From an uncultured Candidatus Bathyarchaeia archaeon (GTDB lineage Archaea; Thermoproteota; Bathyarchaeia; 40CM-2-53-6): DNA of 54,490 nucleotides. The notes beneath the pieces are model-generated. The model was not told where the DNA came from. It saw only the letters and a program-made list of their open reading frames with translations, and did no database searches. The translations under genes and the position numbers were made by a program. The stretch lies in the NCBI GenBank assembly GCA_964394935.1, contig CAYMZN010000004.1, positions 1 to 54,490 of the forward strand. Direction: 5' to 3'. This document shows, piece by piece, positions 26,186 to 35,059 of the stretch (within the stretch, counting starts at the first letter, position 1; every line of letters starts with the position of its first letter).

Positions 26186-26191
26186 TAATAA
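26186..26191 (-). promoter_or_regulatory. TATA-like element (TTATTA on the minus strand) upstream of the small basic ORF
   Basis: It is centred about 30 nt upstream of the GTG at 26158. That spacing fits a leaderless or near-leaderless archaeal transcript. Confidence 0.2.
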
Positions 26192-26511
26192 GGCTTGCCT
26201 AGGTCAGCACAGAATTTGGCAGTCATCTTGTTCTATTCTAGTTTGCAACGCGCACCCTGTCAACAGGACCTCGTAATGGTCAAATTGATCGCAAAGGACA
26301 CGATCTGCTTCCCCCGCGCCTTGGGGGTACACCCCTCAGGGCTTGGGTGATTCTATGACCTTTCCTAGCACTCTTGAACTGGTATGGCTGAGAGGCCTAT
26401 GCGGGATCCAGGTCTAGCCGGTTCCGAGAAGGCCAATGTGCAGGAGGCTGTGATGCCAGTCGGCGAACCTCATAAGCTAGGAAGCGTCTTTGCCACGCTA
26501 CATGAGGGACA

Positions 26512-26844
26512 TTGGCGGAAGAGATTCCTTTTGAAGACTTCAAAAAATTGGACATCCGAGTAGGGACCATCATGAATGTCGAACGAGTCAGGAGGTCAGA
26601 GAGACTCTACAAGATCCTCGTAGATCTAGGAAGCTTTGGAAGCCGCCAAACAATATCGAGTCTTGTAGGCTACTATGAGCCGGGCGAGCTTGTTGGCAAG
26701 AGGATAGTTTTTCTTGTGAACCTCAAGCCGGCAAAGTTCGCGGGCGAGGTTTCGCAAGGCATGCTGTTGGCAGCCGAGATGGACGGAAAGCTCGCGCTAC
26801 TCACAACCGATCATGAGATTCAATCGGGTGCGCGTATCACCTAG
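26512..26844 (+). CDS. tRNA-binding domain protein (CsaA/Trbp111, EMAP-type OB fold)
   Basis: 110 aa with FEDFKKLDIRVGTI..., LVGKRIVFLVNLKPAKFAGEVSQGMLLAA. This is the same pattern as the MetRS C-terminal tRNA-binding domain. TTG start. Confidence 0.8.
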   Translation: MAEEIPFEDFKKLDIRVGTIMNVERVRRSERLYKILVDLGSFGSRQTISSLVGYYEPGELVGKRIVFLVNLKPAKFAGEVSQGMLLAAEMDGKLALLTTDHEIQSGARIT

Positions 26845-26940
26845 CGTCCATCCACCCGGGCCTCGGAGCGTTTTCAAACGTCTTAATTACCCCTCCAGTT
26901 GTACTGGCCCTCGAAGGACTGGTCGAAGAAGGCACATCGA

Positions 26941-27309
26941 ATGCCGAGGAAAGGCCCTACGGAACAAGACGTGCTACGGATAGTCATGGACAGAGGAAAC
27001 GAAGGGATCCTTCAATCCGCCCTCTGGAGAGAGATGAAGGCTGACAGTAGAGAAGGATCAAGAGCTATACTAAGGCTGGAACGCAAGGGACTAATTGAAA
27101 GGAAGCGAGAGCTGCATTCAGGGCGCTGGACCTATCGGGTCTTTGCGAGACGAAAGTACTCAAGCATAGACTCGATACTTGATGTTCCGTGTTCCTTCTG
27201 CGACCTTGAGGCCAGATGCGGTCAAGCCGCTATGGCAAACCCGGCCAATTGTGGAAGGATTACCCAATGGATACTCGTCTCAGTTAGCACGCCGTCTCCT
27301 GGAAGATAG
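26941..27309 (+). CDS. winged-helix plus Cys4 protein, TFE-beta / RPC34 (hRPC39)-like
   Basis: 122 aa from the ATG at 26941. The wH-like segment is EGILQSALWREMKADSREGSRAILRLERKGLIERKRELHSGRWTYRV. It is followed by PCSFCDLEARCGQAAMANPANC (C-x2-C-x6-C-x10-C), matching the FeS-domain layout of archaeal TFE-beta. Recognition is from memory of the family only. Confidence 0.5.
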   Translation: MPRKGPTEQDVLRIVMDRGNEGILQSALWREMKADSREGSRAILRLERKGLIERKRELHSGRWTYRVFARRKYSSIDSILDVPCSFCDLEARCGQAAMANPANCGRITQWILVSVSTPSPGR

Positions 27310-27311
27310 TC

Positions 27312-27995
27312 TTGTCCAGTCGATGGATCCAGAAACGTCACAGGGATCAGTTCTACAGACTCGCCAAGGAGAGAGGCTACAGAAGCCGGGCCAGCTTCAA
27401 GCTTCTTCAGGCCAACAGAAGCCATAAATTCATCAAACGAGGCTGGAACGTTCTAGATCTTGGAGCCGCCCCTGGCGGATGGCTTCAAGTTGCGCGAGAG
27501 GCCGTAGGCGAATCAGGATTCGTTCTTGGAGTCGACAAGCAAGAGATCGAACCGCTACCACGGAAGAACGTTGCAACTTTCGTCGCGGATATCGGAGACG
27601 CGTCACTTCCGGACCGGATATTGAAGGAGATGCCGGGGCCGGTGGATGTTGTACTCTCCGACGCCTCACCCGACCTGACTGGCACCTGGGACCTAGACCA
27701 GGCTAGGCAGGTGCATTTGGCAAATCAGTCGCTAGAGGTTGCAAGACGTGTCTTGCGCAAAGGGGGAAGCTTCTTCGTCAAAGCATTCCAAGGAGCAGAT
27801 CTTCCAGACTTCAAGTCCACACTGAAGCTGTCCTTCCAAACGGTCAGGATCGTCAAACCCCCCGCAAGCAGGAGCGACAGTTCCGAGATCTACTTCCTAG
27901 GTCTCAACTACACCGGCGAGAGACGCCTCCCGTCCGTCCCACAAGGACACATGGAAGAATCTCTCACTGAAGATCCTGCTACGAGGCAGTCTTGA
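27312..27995 (+). CDS. rlmE: 23S rRNA (uridine-2'-O)-methyltransferase RlmE/FtsJ
   Basis: 227 aa with QKRHRDQFYRLAKERGYRSRASFKL, the SAM motif VLDLGAAPGGWLQVA, VLSDASPDLTG and FVKAFQG. TTG start. Confidence 0.88.
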   Translation: MSSRWIQKRHRDQFYRLAKERGYRSRASFKLLQANRSHKFIKRGWNVLDLGAAPGGWLQVAREAVGESGFVLGVDKQEIEPLPRKNVATFVADIGDASLPDRILKEMPGPVDVVLSDASPDLTGTWDLDQARQVHLANQSLEVARRVLRKGGSFFVKAFQGADLPDFKSTLKLSFQTVRIVKPPASRSDSSEIYFLGLNYTGERRLPSVPQGHMEESLTEDPATRQS

Positions 27996-28515
27996 AGCGT
28001 TCGAAGAGAATATCGGGGAGAGTATCCCTGTTTTCGTGGGTGACCTCGAGCACCTCAATGCCTCCCCCCGATTTGATCGCCCTGACTATGGGATCTTGCG
28101 CATTTCGATGCACGGTTCCAAGTACGGGCTTTCCGCAGACTAACGCAGCTTGGACGGCATCCTTGAACGTCCTGGAGGTCAACTCCATTGGTCCAACTTC
28201 ATCTATGACTATGAGATCCGCGTCCTTGACCGCTAATAGGATTGCTTCTGCACCTATCCTGTCCAAGTCTTCACTGTTTACGCGGTATCGTCCTATTCTC
28301 GGTCCAGTACGCTGGTTGACATGAGCAAGGACTCCAGTCTCGCCGGTAACCAGGTTTCGTATCTCGAAACCGATGCGGGCCGATCCGGATCTCAGATCAC
28401 CGGATGTCATTCCCCCAACCTTGAGCCCATCTGTCCTTATCTTCTCCACAGCATGTCTCACGACTGTACTCTTGCCCACCCCAGGGCTACCCGTGAGAAA
28501 CACGACAAGAGCCAA
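27979..28515 (-). CDS. THEP1-type nucleoside-triphosphatase
   Basis: 178 aa with the P-loop TGSPGVGKST, then RIGFEI and VIDEVGPMEL (Walker B). This is the typical archaeal NTPase THEP1 layout. Confidence 0.8.
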   Translation of the reverse strand: MALVVFLTGSPGVGKSTVVRHAVEKIRTDGLKVGGMTSGDLRSGSARIGFEIRNLVTGETGVLAHVNQRTGPRIGRYRVNSEDLDRIGAEAILLAVKDADLIVIDEVGPMELTSRTFKDAVQAALVCGKPVLGTVHRNAQDPIVRAIKSGGGIEVLEVTHENRDTLPDILFERFKTAS

Positions 28516-28599
28516 AGCCTTTCAATCCGCGCAGCATGTCAGTTCCAACGCGCAAGCTATAACTGATTTGAGGGATCAAGCGGAACCATCCGATATGTT

Positions 28600-29289
28600 G
28601 TGACGAGCATGGGCAGAAACGTGGCCGGGCTCGACGATGCGGGGCGAGGCCCGATAGTTGGTCCACTTGTCATTGCGGGGGTGCTAATGGAGGAGGACAG
28701 AGTCCCAGAGCTCGTCTCGATCGGCGTCAAGGATTCGAAACTCCTCACGCCCGAGTCACGATCAGACCTGGCGGGGAAGATACAAAGGCTCGCGGTTAAG
28801 ATTTCGTATGACGAGCTTTCGCCCGCCGATATTGACCAAGCCGTTCTGAAAGGTAGGAAGCTTCAGAGACTGAACTTCCTTGAAGCAAAGTCCATGGCAA
28901 AGGTGATCGCCGAACTCAAGCCACAGGCGGTTTGGGTTGACGCTTCAGACGTTAACCCGGAACGCTACGCCCGCCAGATCTTGGACGAGCTGCCCATGAG
29001 TCTGAAGAGAACCGTACTGATCTCGGAACACAAGGCCGATAGGCGGTATCCGATAGTCTCCGCGGCAAGCATAATGGCGAAGGTGAGACGCGATGCCGCA
29101 ATTTCAAAGCTTTGGGAAGAGTTTGGCAACTTCGGCTCCGGGTACGTCACAGATCCTTTGACGATCAAGTTCCTGAAAGAGTGGCGAAGAACCCACGAAC
29201 AGTATCCCCCGATAGTCAGGAAATCTTGGAAGACGCTCAGGGAGATAGAATCGGATCTGACTCAGTCAAGATTGACTGAAGAAAGATGA
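28600..29289 (+). CDS. rnhB: ribonuclease HII
   Basis: 229 aa with GLDDAGRGPIVGPLVIAGV (catalytic DxxG/E region), DSKLL and SAASIMAKVRRD. Confidence 0.9.
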   Translation: MTSMGRNVAGLDDAGRGPIVGPLVIAGVLMEEDRVPELVSIGVKDSKLLTPESRSDLAGKIQRLAVKISYDELSPADIDQAVLKGRKLQRLNFLEAKSMAKVIAELKPQAVWVDASDVNPERYARQILDELPMSLKRTVLISEHKADRRYPIVSAASIMAKVRRDAAISKLWEEFGNFGSGYVTDPLTIKFLKEWRRTHEQYPPIVRKSWKTLREIESDLTQSRLTEER

Positions 29290-29856
29290 CTCCTCGTCTC
29301 TAGGTCCGAAGCCGATCACAACTAGCGAATGGAATTCCCTGACCAGCTCAGCCACATGTGGCTTATAGAGATAGGTTGTCTCACGGTTGTCGGACGCCTG
29401 CTCGAAACCTCTGTCAGTCAGTCCCAAGATCTTCCTAGCCGTGAATTGCTCGACATTATCTCCCAGAACCGTAAAGACAGACTTTCCAAGATCCAATCGG
29501 CGCAATACCACGATCGGCAGATGGATACTCCTGTGGATCGAAGACGGCGTGAGACGCGCGAGCTTCTCAAGTATCCTTTTATCTAGGATGATCTCCGAGC
29601 CGTCTATCGCTCTGACGCTCGGCGTCTCTTCGCGGAGAAGTTGTTCTAGGGTCTTGCGTCCTCTCGGTAGATGAAGATTGAGCCTCCGCGTCTCCTCTCT
29701 CACGAGAGCGTCAAGGATTCTGGTTGACGGCAGCATATCCATCCATTCTTGAGTCGCAAGTAGCCTGTAAGTAATGTCTTTGTCGCGACGTAACCCGAGC
29801 TGGATCGCAGTCCTGTCTTTCGAACTCTCGATCTGGTGAGGCCCAGCGCGCTCCAC
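29266..29856 (-). CDS. UPF0216 (DUF61) family protein
   Basis: 196-aa ORF. The core RRLNLHLPRGRKTLEQLLREETPSVRAIDGSEIILDKRILEKLARL...IHLPIVVLR matches my recollection of the archaeal UPF0216 pattern. The true start may be the internal MDMLPS... Confidence 0.6.
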   Translation of the reverse strand: MERAGPHQIESSKDRTAIQLGLRRDKDITYRLLATQEWMDMLPSTRILDALVREETRRLNLHLPRGRKTLEQLLREETPSVRAIDGSEIILDKRILEKLARLTPSSIHRSIHLPIVVLRRLDLGKSVFTVLGDNVEQFTARKILGLTDRGFEQASDNRETTYLYKPHVAELVREFHSLVVIGFGPRDEESSFFSQS

Positions 29857-30032
29857 TTCACGCTCGGACGGCGACCTGATTTCGGAATCATTTTCGCAGG
29901 CAGACCGAGGCGGAGACGTGCCCGCACCTTGCCTGGAGAAATACGGGGGCGCACAGTGCAGTACACCAGTTGCTCCAGTCTATCCTCTGGATTCTTGTCT
30001 TGGCGGATCGGGCCTGTACTCTTGAGGGACCA

Positions 30033-30755
30033 CTAACTTCCTCTTCTCGCAACGATCATGGCATGGTCCTTCTCATATGGCTCCAGTCGGACTGTGTCCA
30101 CGATCTTGAACCCTCTCCGCATGAGCGTTCGTTTCTCTTGAGAGAAGACCGAAGCAGGGCTCATGGTCACATCCACGCTCCTCGACTTGACTGCGATCAT
30201 CGCAGTCCCTGACTCTTTCAGAAAGAGGTCCGCATTGTCCGCAAGGATTCTTGCTTGGTCGGGTTGCGCGACATCACAATAGATGCTGTCCACAGTTGAG
30301 ACAAGCGGCCGGTATCCGCTCGGGTACCTTGCATCCGCCAGTATAGGAGACATGTTTGGTCTGTAGGAGCAAACGTGCTCAATGAGTTCACGCATTGTAC
30401 GTTGTGCAAATTCCACGCAATAGACCACTCCGCTCTTCCCGACGATATCGCTCACATGACTTGCTGTGGTTCCGCTGGCGGCGCCGAGATACAGCACTTT
30501 TCCACCATGGGTCACGGAGACCTCTGCTATGTCCTTCAGGATAGCCGCCGCAAGCTTACTTCTGTAGGCGTCCCAGACTCTGTATTCCTTCCGGCGAAGC
30601 TTTACCAGTTCCTCGCCGTAGACCATGCGGCCAGGGGCAAGGTTTTCCGTAGCGAGTCGTCGTGAGTGGTCGTGAAACTTGATCCAGTATACCCCTTCGA
30701 ATCTTTCGTGAGGGCTAACGTCTTCGACCCTGATCACGTCTGCGGTCCTCGTCAC
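30033..30755 (-). CDS. flpA: fibrillarin (rRNA/tRNA 2'-O-methyltransferase)
   Basis: 240 aa with VYGEELV, YRVWDAYRSKLAAAI, the SAM motif VLYLGAASGTTASHVSDIVG and DVAQPDQARI. It is paired with nop5. Confidence 0.92.
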   Translation of the reverse strand: MTRTADVIRVEDVSPHERFEGVYWIKFHDHSRRLATENLAPGRMVYGEELVKLRRKEYRVWDAYRSKLAAAILKDIAEVSVTHGGKVLYLGAASGTTASHVSDIVGKSGVVYCVEFAQRTMRELIEHVCSYRPNMSPILADARYPSGYRPLVSTVDSIYCDVAQPDQARILADNADLFLKESGTAMIAVKSRSVDVTMSPASVFSQEKRTLMRRGFKIVDTVRLEPYEKDHAMIVARRGS

Positions 30756-31953
30756 GCCCTCTCATGGGCGGCTCCTTGTACTTCTCCTGGATCTCCGAGA
30801 CCTTCTTCTCCACGTCCTTGGCGAGTTTGTCTCCGATGAAGTCTCCACCGAAAGCGTCGACCCTAGCAGCTATGGCGAGCTTCCCAGAGAGCGTGCGCGC
30901 AATCTTGCCTCTCTGCCAGCGGGGGGATTGATGAATAGAGGCATACTGGAAGATCACCCCGTGCTTAGGTGGTCTGGCTCCCGTCTTCAAGGAACGAAAG
31001 AGCGCCTTTTCCGCTCCGAGAACCTGCATCGTGCTTGCCGGCATCTTGGCGAGGTTCTCAAGGCCTCCCGCGATCGACATCAACCTTGCAGTCAACAATG
31101 CTCCTATGATCGCAGTAGTGTTTGGGGCGACCTGATTCATCACAGCGTCGACGTAAGCTTCAGCCTTCTCTCGAAACTTGAAGAGTTCCAGCGTATCTCT
31201 ACAGAGCGACCGCAGCCACTCAAGATCCTCCTCTGGAAAGCTCGCTCCCATCGATTTGCGCGCCGCTGAGGCGATCTGTTGAATCCTCTCCTTCGGGATA
31301 CCCTCCTTCTGAAGGTTCTCTTCGGTAAAGTTGGATCGCATTCCGAGGTCTGAGACAAGTCGTGCATAGGTGTCGTGTTTCTCTACGATGCGGTCAAGTT
31401 CGGGGAAGTGCAACCCATACCATTCCCGTATCCTTCCTGCGAAGAGGTTGATCGTCTTGTCGATGTCGTCGATCGCGCGTACTGCTTGAACCGCGTAGAG
31501 GTCACGCTTCGCAGCCGCTACGGTGACAGCCACACGCGCAAGCTCTAACGTTACCTGGCGAACAAACTTCTGATACTCTTCAAGACTCGCGACTGGGTTG
31601 ACATCTAATTCCTGCTGCTTCAGCCACTTCGATCTGCCTTTCCAGTCAGTGGCAAGTTTCTCTCGGAACTGCGTGACCGCCTTGAACCCTGCCTCGATTC
31701 TAGTCGGCGTTCCCTCGATGGACTTCACCGCCTTGGCCACGGCCTCCGTCTCCGCGACGAGAGCGTCAAACCCGGCTTTCCTTACTGATTGAACAAGCTG
31801 CCTCAATTCGGCCGTGGCATTTCCAGCTTGAAGTTGCCGTAGCTGCTCCGCGGCTTCACCGGGTTTCCTGCCGAACAGCTTCTTCTCGACCACTGATCCG
31901 TCCTTGTCTATCGCGAAGATTCCGGCAGGTGTTTCGACAATATAGGCCTCCAC
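30715..31953 (-). CDS. Nop56/58 (Nop5) C/D box sRNP core protein
   Basis: 412 aa. The NOSIC/Nop domain has EWYGLHFPEL, LGAEKALFRSLKTGARPPKHGVIFQ and a charged R/D/E tail. It is upstream of, and overlaps, flpA. Confidence 0.9.
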   Translation of the reverse strand: MEAYIVETPAGIFAIDKDGSVVEKKLFGRKPGEAAEQLRQLQAGNATAELRQLVQSVRKAGFDALVAETEAVAKAVKSIEGTPTRIEAGFKAVTQFREKLATDWKGRSKWLKQQELDVNPVASLEEYQKFVRQVTLELARVAVTVAAAKRDLYAVQAVRAIDDIDKTINLFAGRIREWYGLHFPELDRIVEKHDTYARLVSDLGMRSNFTEENLQKEGIPKERIQQIASAARKSMGASFPEEDLEWLRSLCRDTLELFKFREKAEAYVDAVMNQVAPNTTAIIGALLTARLMSIAGGLENLAKMPASTMQVLGAEKALFRSLKTGARPPKHGVIFQYASIHQSPRWQRGKIARTLSGKLAIAARVDAFGGDFIGDKLAKDVEKKVSEIQEKYKEPPMRGRDEDRRRDQGRRR

Positions 31954-32103
31954 GCACTCTCACTCTCTCAATCATGAATGCTTCTGACTGTTGCTCGCCA
32001 TAGGACTACGCGGTGTTGAGATAAAGCCTTGCTGAACCGTTGCCGGAGTGTTAATAGTCGAAGCTCTCTACATGATGTATCTGGATCCGGAACTGGGTGA
32101 AAA

Positions 32104-33021
32104 TTGTTGCCGGAGGTCTCAATAGAAGTTGCAGGACTTAGGCTGCGCAATCCTACAATGCTCGCATCAGGTTTTCTAGGCGTCTCCGGTGAGACGCTAA
32201 CCAGGGTTGCCGAAGCAGGCGCTGGCGCAGTGGTTACGAAGTCATCAAGTCTCAAGCCACGTGCCGGGAACCCGGGACCCACGATTGTTGAAGTTCCAGT
32301 CGGGCTCTTGAACGCCATTGGCCTGGCCAGCCCTGGGATCTCTATGATGAAAGACGAGGTCACCGAAGCGAAGAGGTCAGGCGTTCCGGTCATAGTGAGT
32401 GTCTTCGGTTTCTCCATCTCGGAGTACTCGAAGTCTGCACGCATAGCCGAAAGCCTGGGAGCCGATGCCGTCGAATTGAACATCTCCTGTCCGCATGTGT
32501 CCGGAGTGGCCGAGATCGGGCAAGATCCCACGATCGTAGGGAAAGTGACGCGCCATGTCAAGAGGGCAGTCGATATTCCCGTCATGGTGAAGCTTTCCCC
32601 AAACGTCTCAAGCATAGTGGCCATAGGTCGCTCTGCCGAGAAGGGCGGAGCGGACGCAGTCACCGCTATCAACACCCTGAAGGCGATGCTGATAGACATA
32701 CACATTCGCCTGCCCGTACTATCAGCCAAGATCGGCGGTTTGTCAGGGCCAGCGATAAAGCCAGTTGCGGTTCGATGCGTACACGAGCTGGCCGAGAGGC
32801 TGAAGGTGCCCATAATCGGCGTAGGAGGAATAATGGGATGGGAGGATGCGGTTGAGTTCTTCCTAGCCGGCGCAAGTGCGGTCCAAATAGGAACCGCAAT
32901 CCTTCAAAAAGATCTCCATGTCTTTTCAGAGGTTGTCGAAGGCCTCACGAACTACATGAAGCAGAACGGCTTCACACGTGTTTCTGAACTAGTCGGCCTC
33001 GCGCACTCGAAACCCGAGTAG
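32104..33021 (+). CDS. pyrD: dihydroorotate dehydrogenase, class 1 catalytic subunit
   Basis: 305 aa with RNPTMLASGF, VELNISCPHV (active-site Cys type) and IIGVGGIMGWEDAVEFFLAGASAVQIGTA. Confidence 0.88.
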   Translation: MLPEVSIEVAGLRLRNPTMLASGFLGVSGETLTRVAEAGAGAVVTKSSSLKPRAGNPGPTIVEVPVGLLNAIGLASPGISMMKDEVTEAKRSGVPVIVSVFGFSISEYSKSARIAESLGADAVELNISCPHVSGVAEIGQDPTIVGKVTRHVKRAVDIPVMVKLSPNVSSIVAIGRSAEKGGADAVTAINTLKAMLIDIHIRLPVLSAKIGGLSGPAIKPVAVRCVHELAERLKVPIIGVGGIMGWEDAVEFFLAGASAVQIGTAILQKDLHVFSEVVEGLTNYMKQNGFTRVSELVGLAHSKPE

Positions 33022-34705
33022 CCTGAAATCTCTTCGATACGTAGACAAATCTGCCTCCCACCATCGTCGCTAACACATTGATTCTACGAATCTCCTCGGG
33101 CGCGACAAGTAGCGGATTACGATCAAGTATCACAAGGTCGGCCAGCTTTCCAACCTCAATCGTTCCCTTCAGCTTCTCTTCATATGTGGCGTAGGCTGCG
33201 TTCTTCGTGAACATCCGGATGGCGGTTTCTGTGTCCACCTGCTCGCCATAGCCTCTTGAGAGAGGGGCAACCGCAGCATAGATGCCTCGTAGGGGATCGA
33301 TTGGTTCAACCGGACAATCTGACCCGGCGACCAGTGTGGCTCCGCTCTCGACAAGTGACCTCAGAGGGTAGACAAGCCTCGCGCGTTTGTCTCCGACGCG
33401 TTCTGGTACCCACACATCGGAGACAATGAAGTGCGGCTGAACTGACGCGATAGCTTTGCAGTTCTTCATCTTGACGACGAGGTCGCGATTCAGGACCGAG
33501 GCATGCTCTACCCTGTGTCTCAAACCAGAAGATCCCGGAACCGTGAGGTTGGCCTTTTCGATGGCTGTGAGCGCCATCGAGACTGCGCGGTCTCCGATCG
33601 CGTGAATCGCTACCTGTAACCCGTGGCGAGCTGCTGATTGGACTATCATGTTGAGCTCATCTTGCGGGTGAATGATAACCCCCGATGTGTCTCGCGCGTC
33701 AGAGTAGGGTTTCTCGAGAGCTGCAGTACGTGCCCCTAGTGAACCGTTCGCGAATATTTTGACGGCCTGTATTCTGAGCATGTCGTCTCCGAATCCAGTT
33801 GAGATGCCCATCTGCGTGGCAGAGCATAACCACGCGTCCGGAATCAAGAGGTAGATTCGAACCACAAGTTCGCCGGCTCTATTCATGGTGTTCAAGACTC
33901 GAATGTCTTGGGGATCATCGACAATGCAATGCACTGCCGTCAAACCCGTAGAGACCGCTTTGCGCATCGCCAATAACGCCGCTTCACGGACCTCTCGATC
34001 GTCTCTCGTAGGTATCAGAGAGGTCACAATGTTCATCGCGTTCTCCCTAAGGAGGCCGGATGGTTCTCCCGTCTCTCGGTCACGGTCTATGACTCCCCCT
34101 ATAGGGGGGGTGGTAGCCGCCGTTATGTTCGCGAGTCTCACCACTTCACTGTTGATGACGCACATGTGCCCACAGATTCGGAAGATGCACACCGGCCTAT
34201 CAGGAACAGCGGCGTCCAAGTCGAACCGGTTCGGAAACCTTTGTTCCTTCAGTTTCTCCTGGTCCCATCCGTAACCGAGAAGCCATCTGCCGGCACCGAC
34301 CCTCCGAGCTTGCCGGACAAGAATATCCTGAATCTCAGAGATGGAGCGCGTCTGCCTAAGGTTTGCGCCGAACAGCTCGAGCCCGTACGCGACGAGATGC
34401 GTGTGACAATCAACGAATCCAGGCAGGACAGTTGCTCCGTGGAGATTCCAGACAATAGCATCTTTCCCCACGGCCGAAAGAATTTTTCGATTAGTGCCAG
34501 TCTTCAGTATGCGATCTTGGCCAATGGCCAGAGCTTGAGCTTCAGGTCTCCGGCTGGCCAGCGTTAGAACGTTGGCGTTCAGAAACGCGACATCTACTTG
34601 CCTGAAGCGTGCCTTGCTATTCGTCTTCTTCGTGGCCCGTCTCGTTTTCCTCCTTCCTGAAGAAGATGGAAGAGTACTTCTCAGGCCACTCAATCTTTCC
34701 GCCAC
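32972..34705 (-). CDS. amidohydrolase-3 family metal-dependent hydrolase (YtcJ-like)
   Basis: 577-aa ORF with GFVDCHTHL (HxH metal site), HAIGDRA, VEHASV and AGSDCPVEP. The Arg/Lys-rich first 35 or so residues overlap the upstream zinc-ribbon ORF, so the start is uncertain. Confidence 0.8.
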   Translation of the reverse strand: MAERLSGLRSTLPSSSGRRKTRRATKKTNSKARFRQVDVAFLNANVLTLASRRPEAQALAIGQDRILKTGTNRKILSAVGKDAIVWNLHGATVLPGFVDCHTHLVAYGLELFGANLRQTRSISEIQDILVRQARRVGAGRWLLGYGWDQEKLKEQRFPNRFDLDAAVPDRPVCIFRICGHMCVINSEVVRLANITAATTPPIGGVIDRDRETGEPSGLLRENAMNIVTSLIPTRDDREVREAALLAMRKAVSTGLTAVHCIVDDPQDIRVLNTMNRAGELVVRIYLLIPDAWLCSATQMGISTGFGDDMLRIQAVKIFANGSLGARTAALEKPYSDARDTSGVIIHPQDELNMIVQSAARHGLQVAIHAIGDRAVSMALTAIEKANLTVPGSSGLRHRVEHASVLNRDLVVKMKNCKAIASVQPHFIVSDVWVPERVGDKRARLVYPLRSLVESGATLVAGSDCPVEPIDPLRGIYAAVAPLSRGYGEQVDTETAIRMFTKNAAYATYEEKLKGTIEVGKLADLVILDRNPLLVAPEEIRRINVLATMVGGRFVYVSKRFQATRVSSARGRLVQKHV

Positions 34706-34802
34706 AGTTATCGCAGTAGAAGGCGTTCAGAAAAAGCTCGCGTTCACAGTTCTCGCAAAAGAACCTCTTCTGGCTCAGCTCGGGTTCCGCCAAGGTCGTC
34801 AT
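34617..34802 (-). CDS. small zinc-ribbon protein with an acidic tail
   Basis: 61 aa: CENCERELFLNAFYCDNCGGKIEW (CxxC-x10-CxxC), followed by EENETGHEEDE. Confidence 0.5.
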   Translation of the reverse strand: MTTLAEPELSQKRFFCENCERELFLNAFYCDNCGGKIEWPEKYSSIFFRKEENETGHEEDE

Positions 34803-35059
34803 TTACTCCACTTGTCCCTCAGTCAACGGGTGTCGACATACCTTATGGGTTCTACACACCGAGCAACCAAAAAAGCAGTCCTCAGGCGTTCTGGTCTAGC
34901 AAAGTCGCGTCAAACTGACGCTCAGGCATGCGTTTTGAGTCTGCCGTAAAGGAGTGCTCCGTTGGTCGTCTTGGCATAGGTGGCTGATTTGGATCGTGTT
35001 CCGTCCCTGATTCTTTGCTATGATTTGGGTCTGGCAAAATGCCGTGATGAGTTCTCTCC

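Noticed and set aside
26280-26505. Structured-looking GC-rich hairpins (CCCCCGCGCCTTGGGGG, GGGGTACACCCC), considered as SRP RNA, RNase P RNA or tRNA
   Set aside because: I could not recognise a T-loop, an SRP helix-8 motif or an RNase P conserved region. The region also contains a 59-codon ORF in a frame different from the downstream tRNA-binding gene. It is left unassigned.
31968-32813. 281-aa minus-strand ORF
   Set aside because: It lies entirely antisense to pyrD, which has unambiguous family motifs. Its translation is Ala/Ser/Thr/Pro/Arg-rich with no motif. This is the typical shadow ORF of a GC-biased gene.
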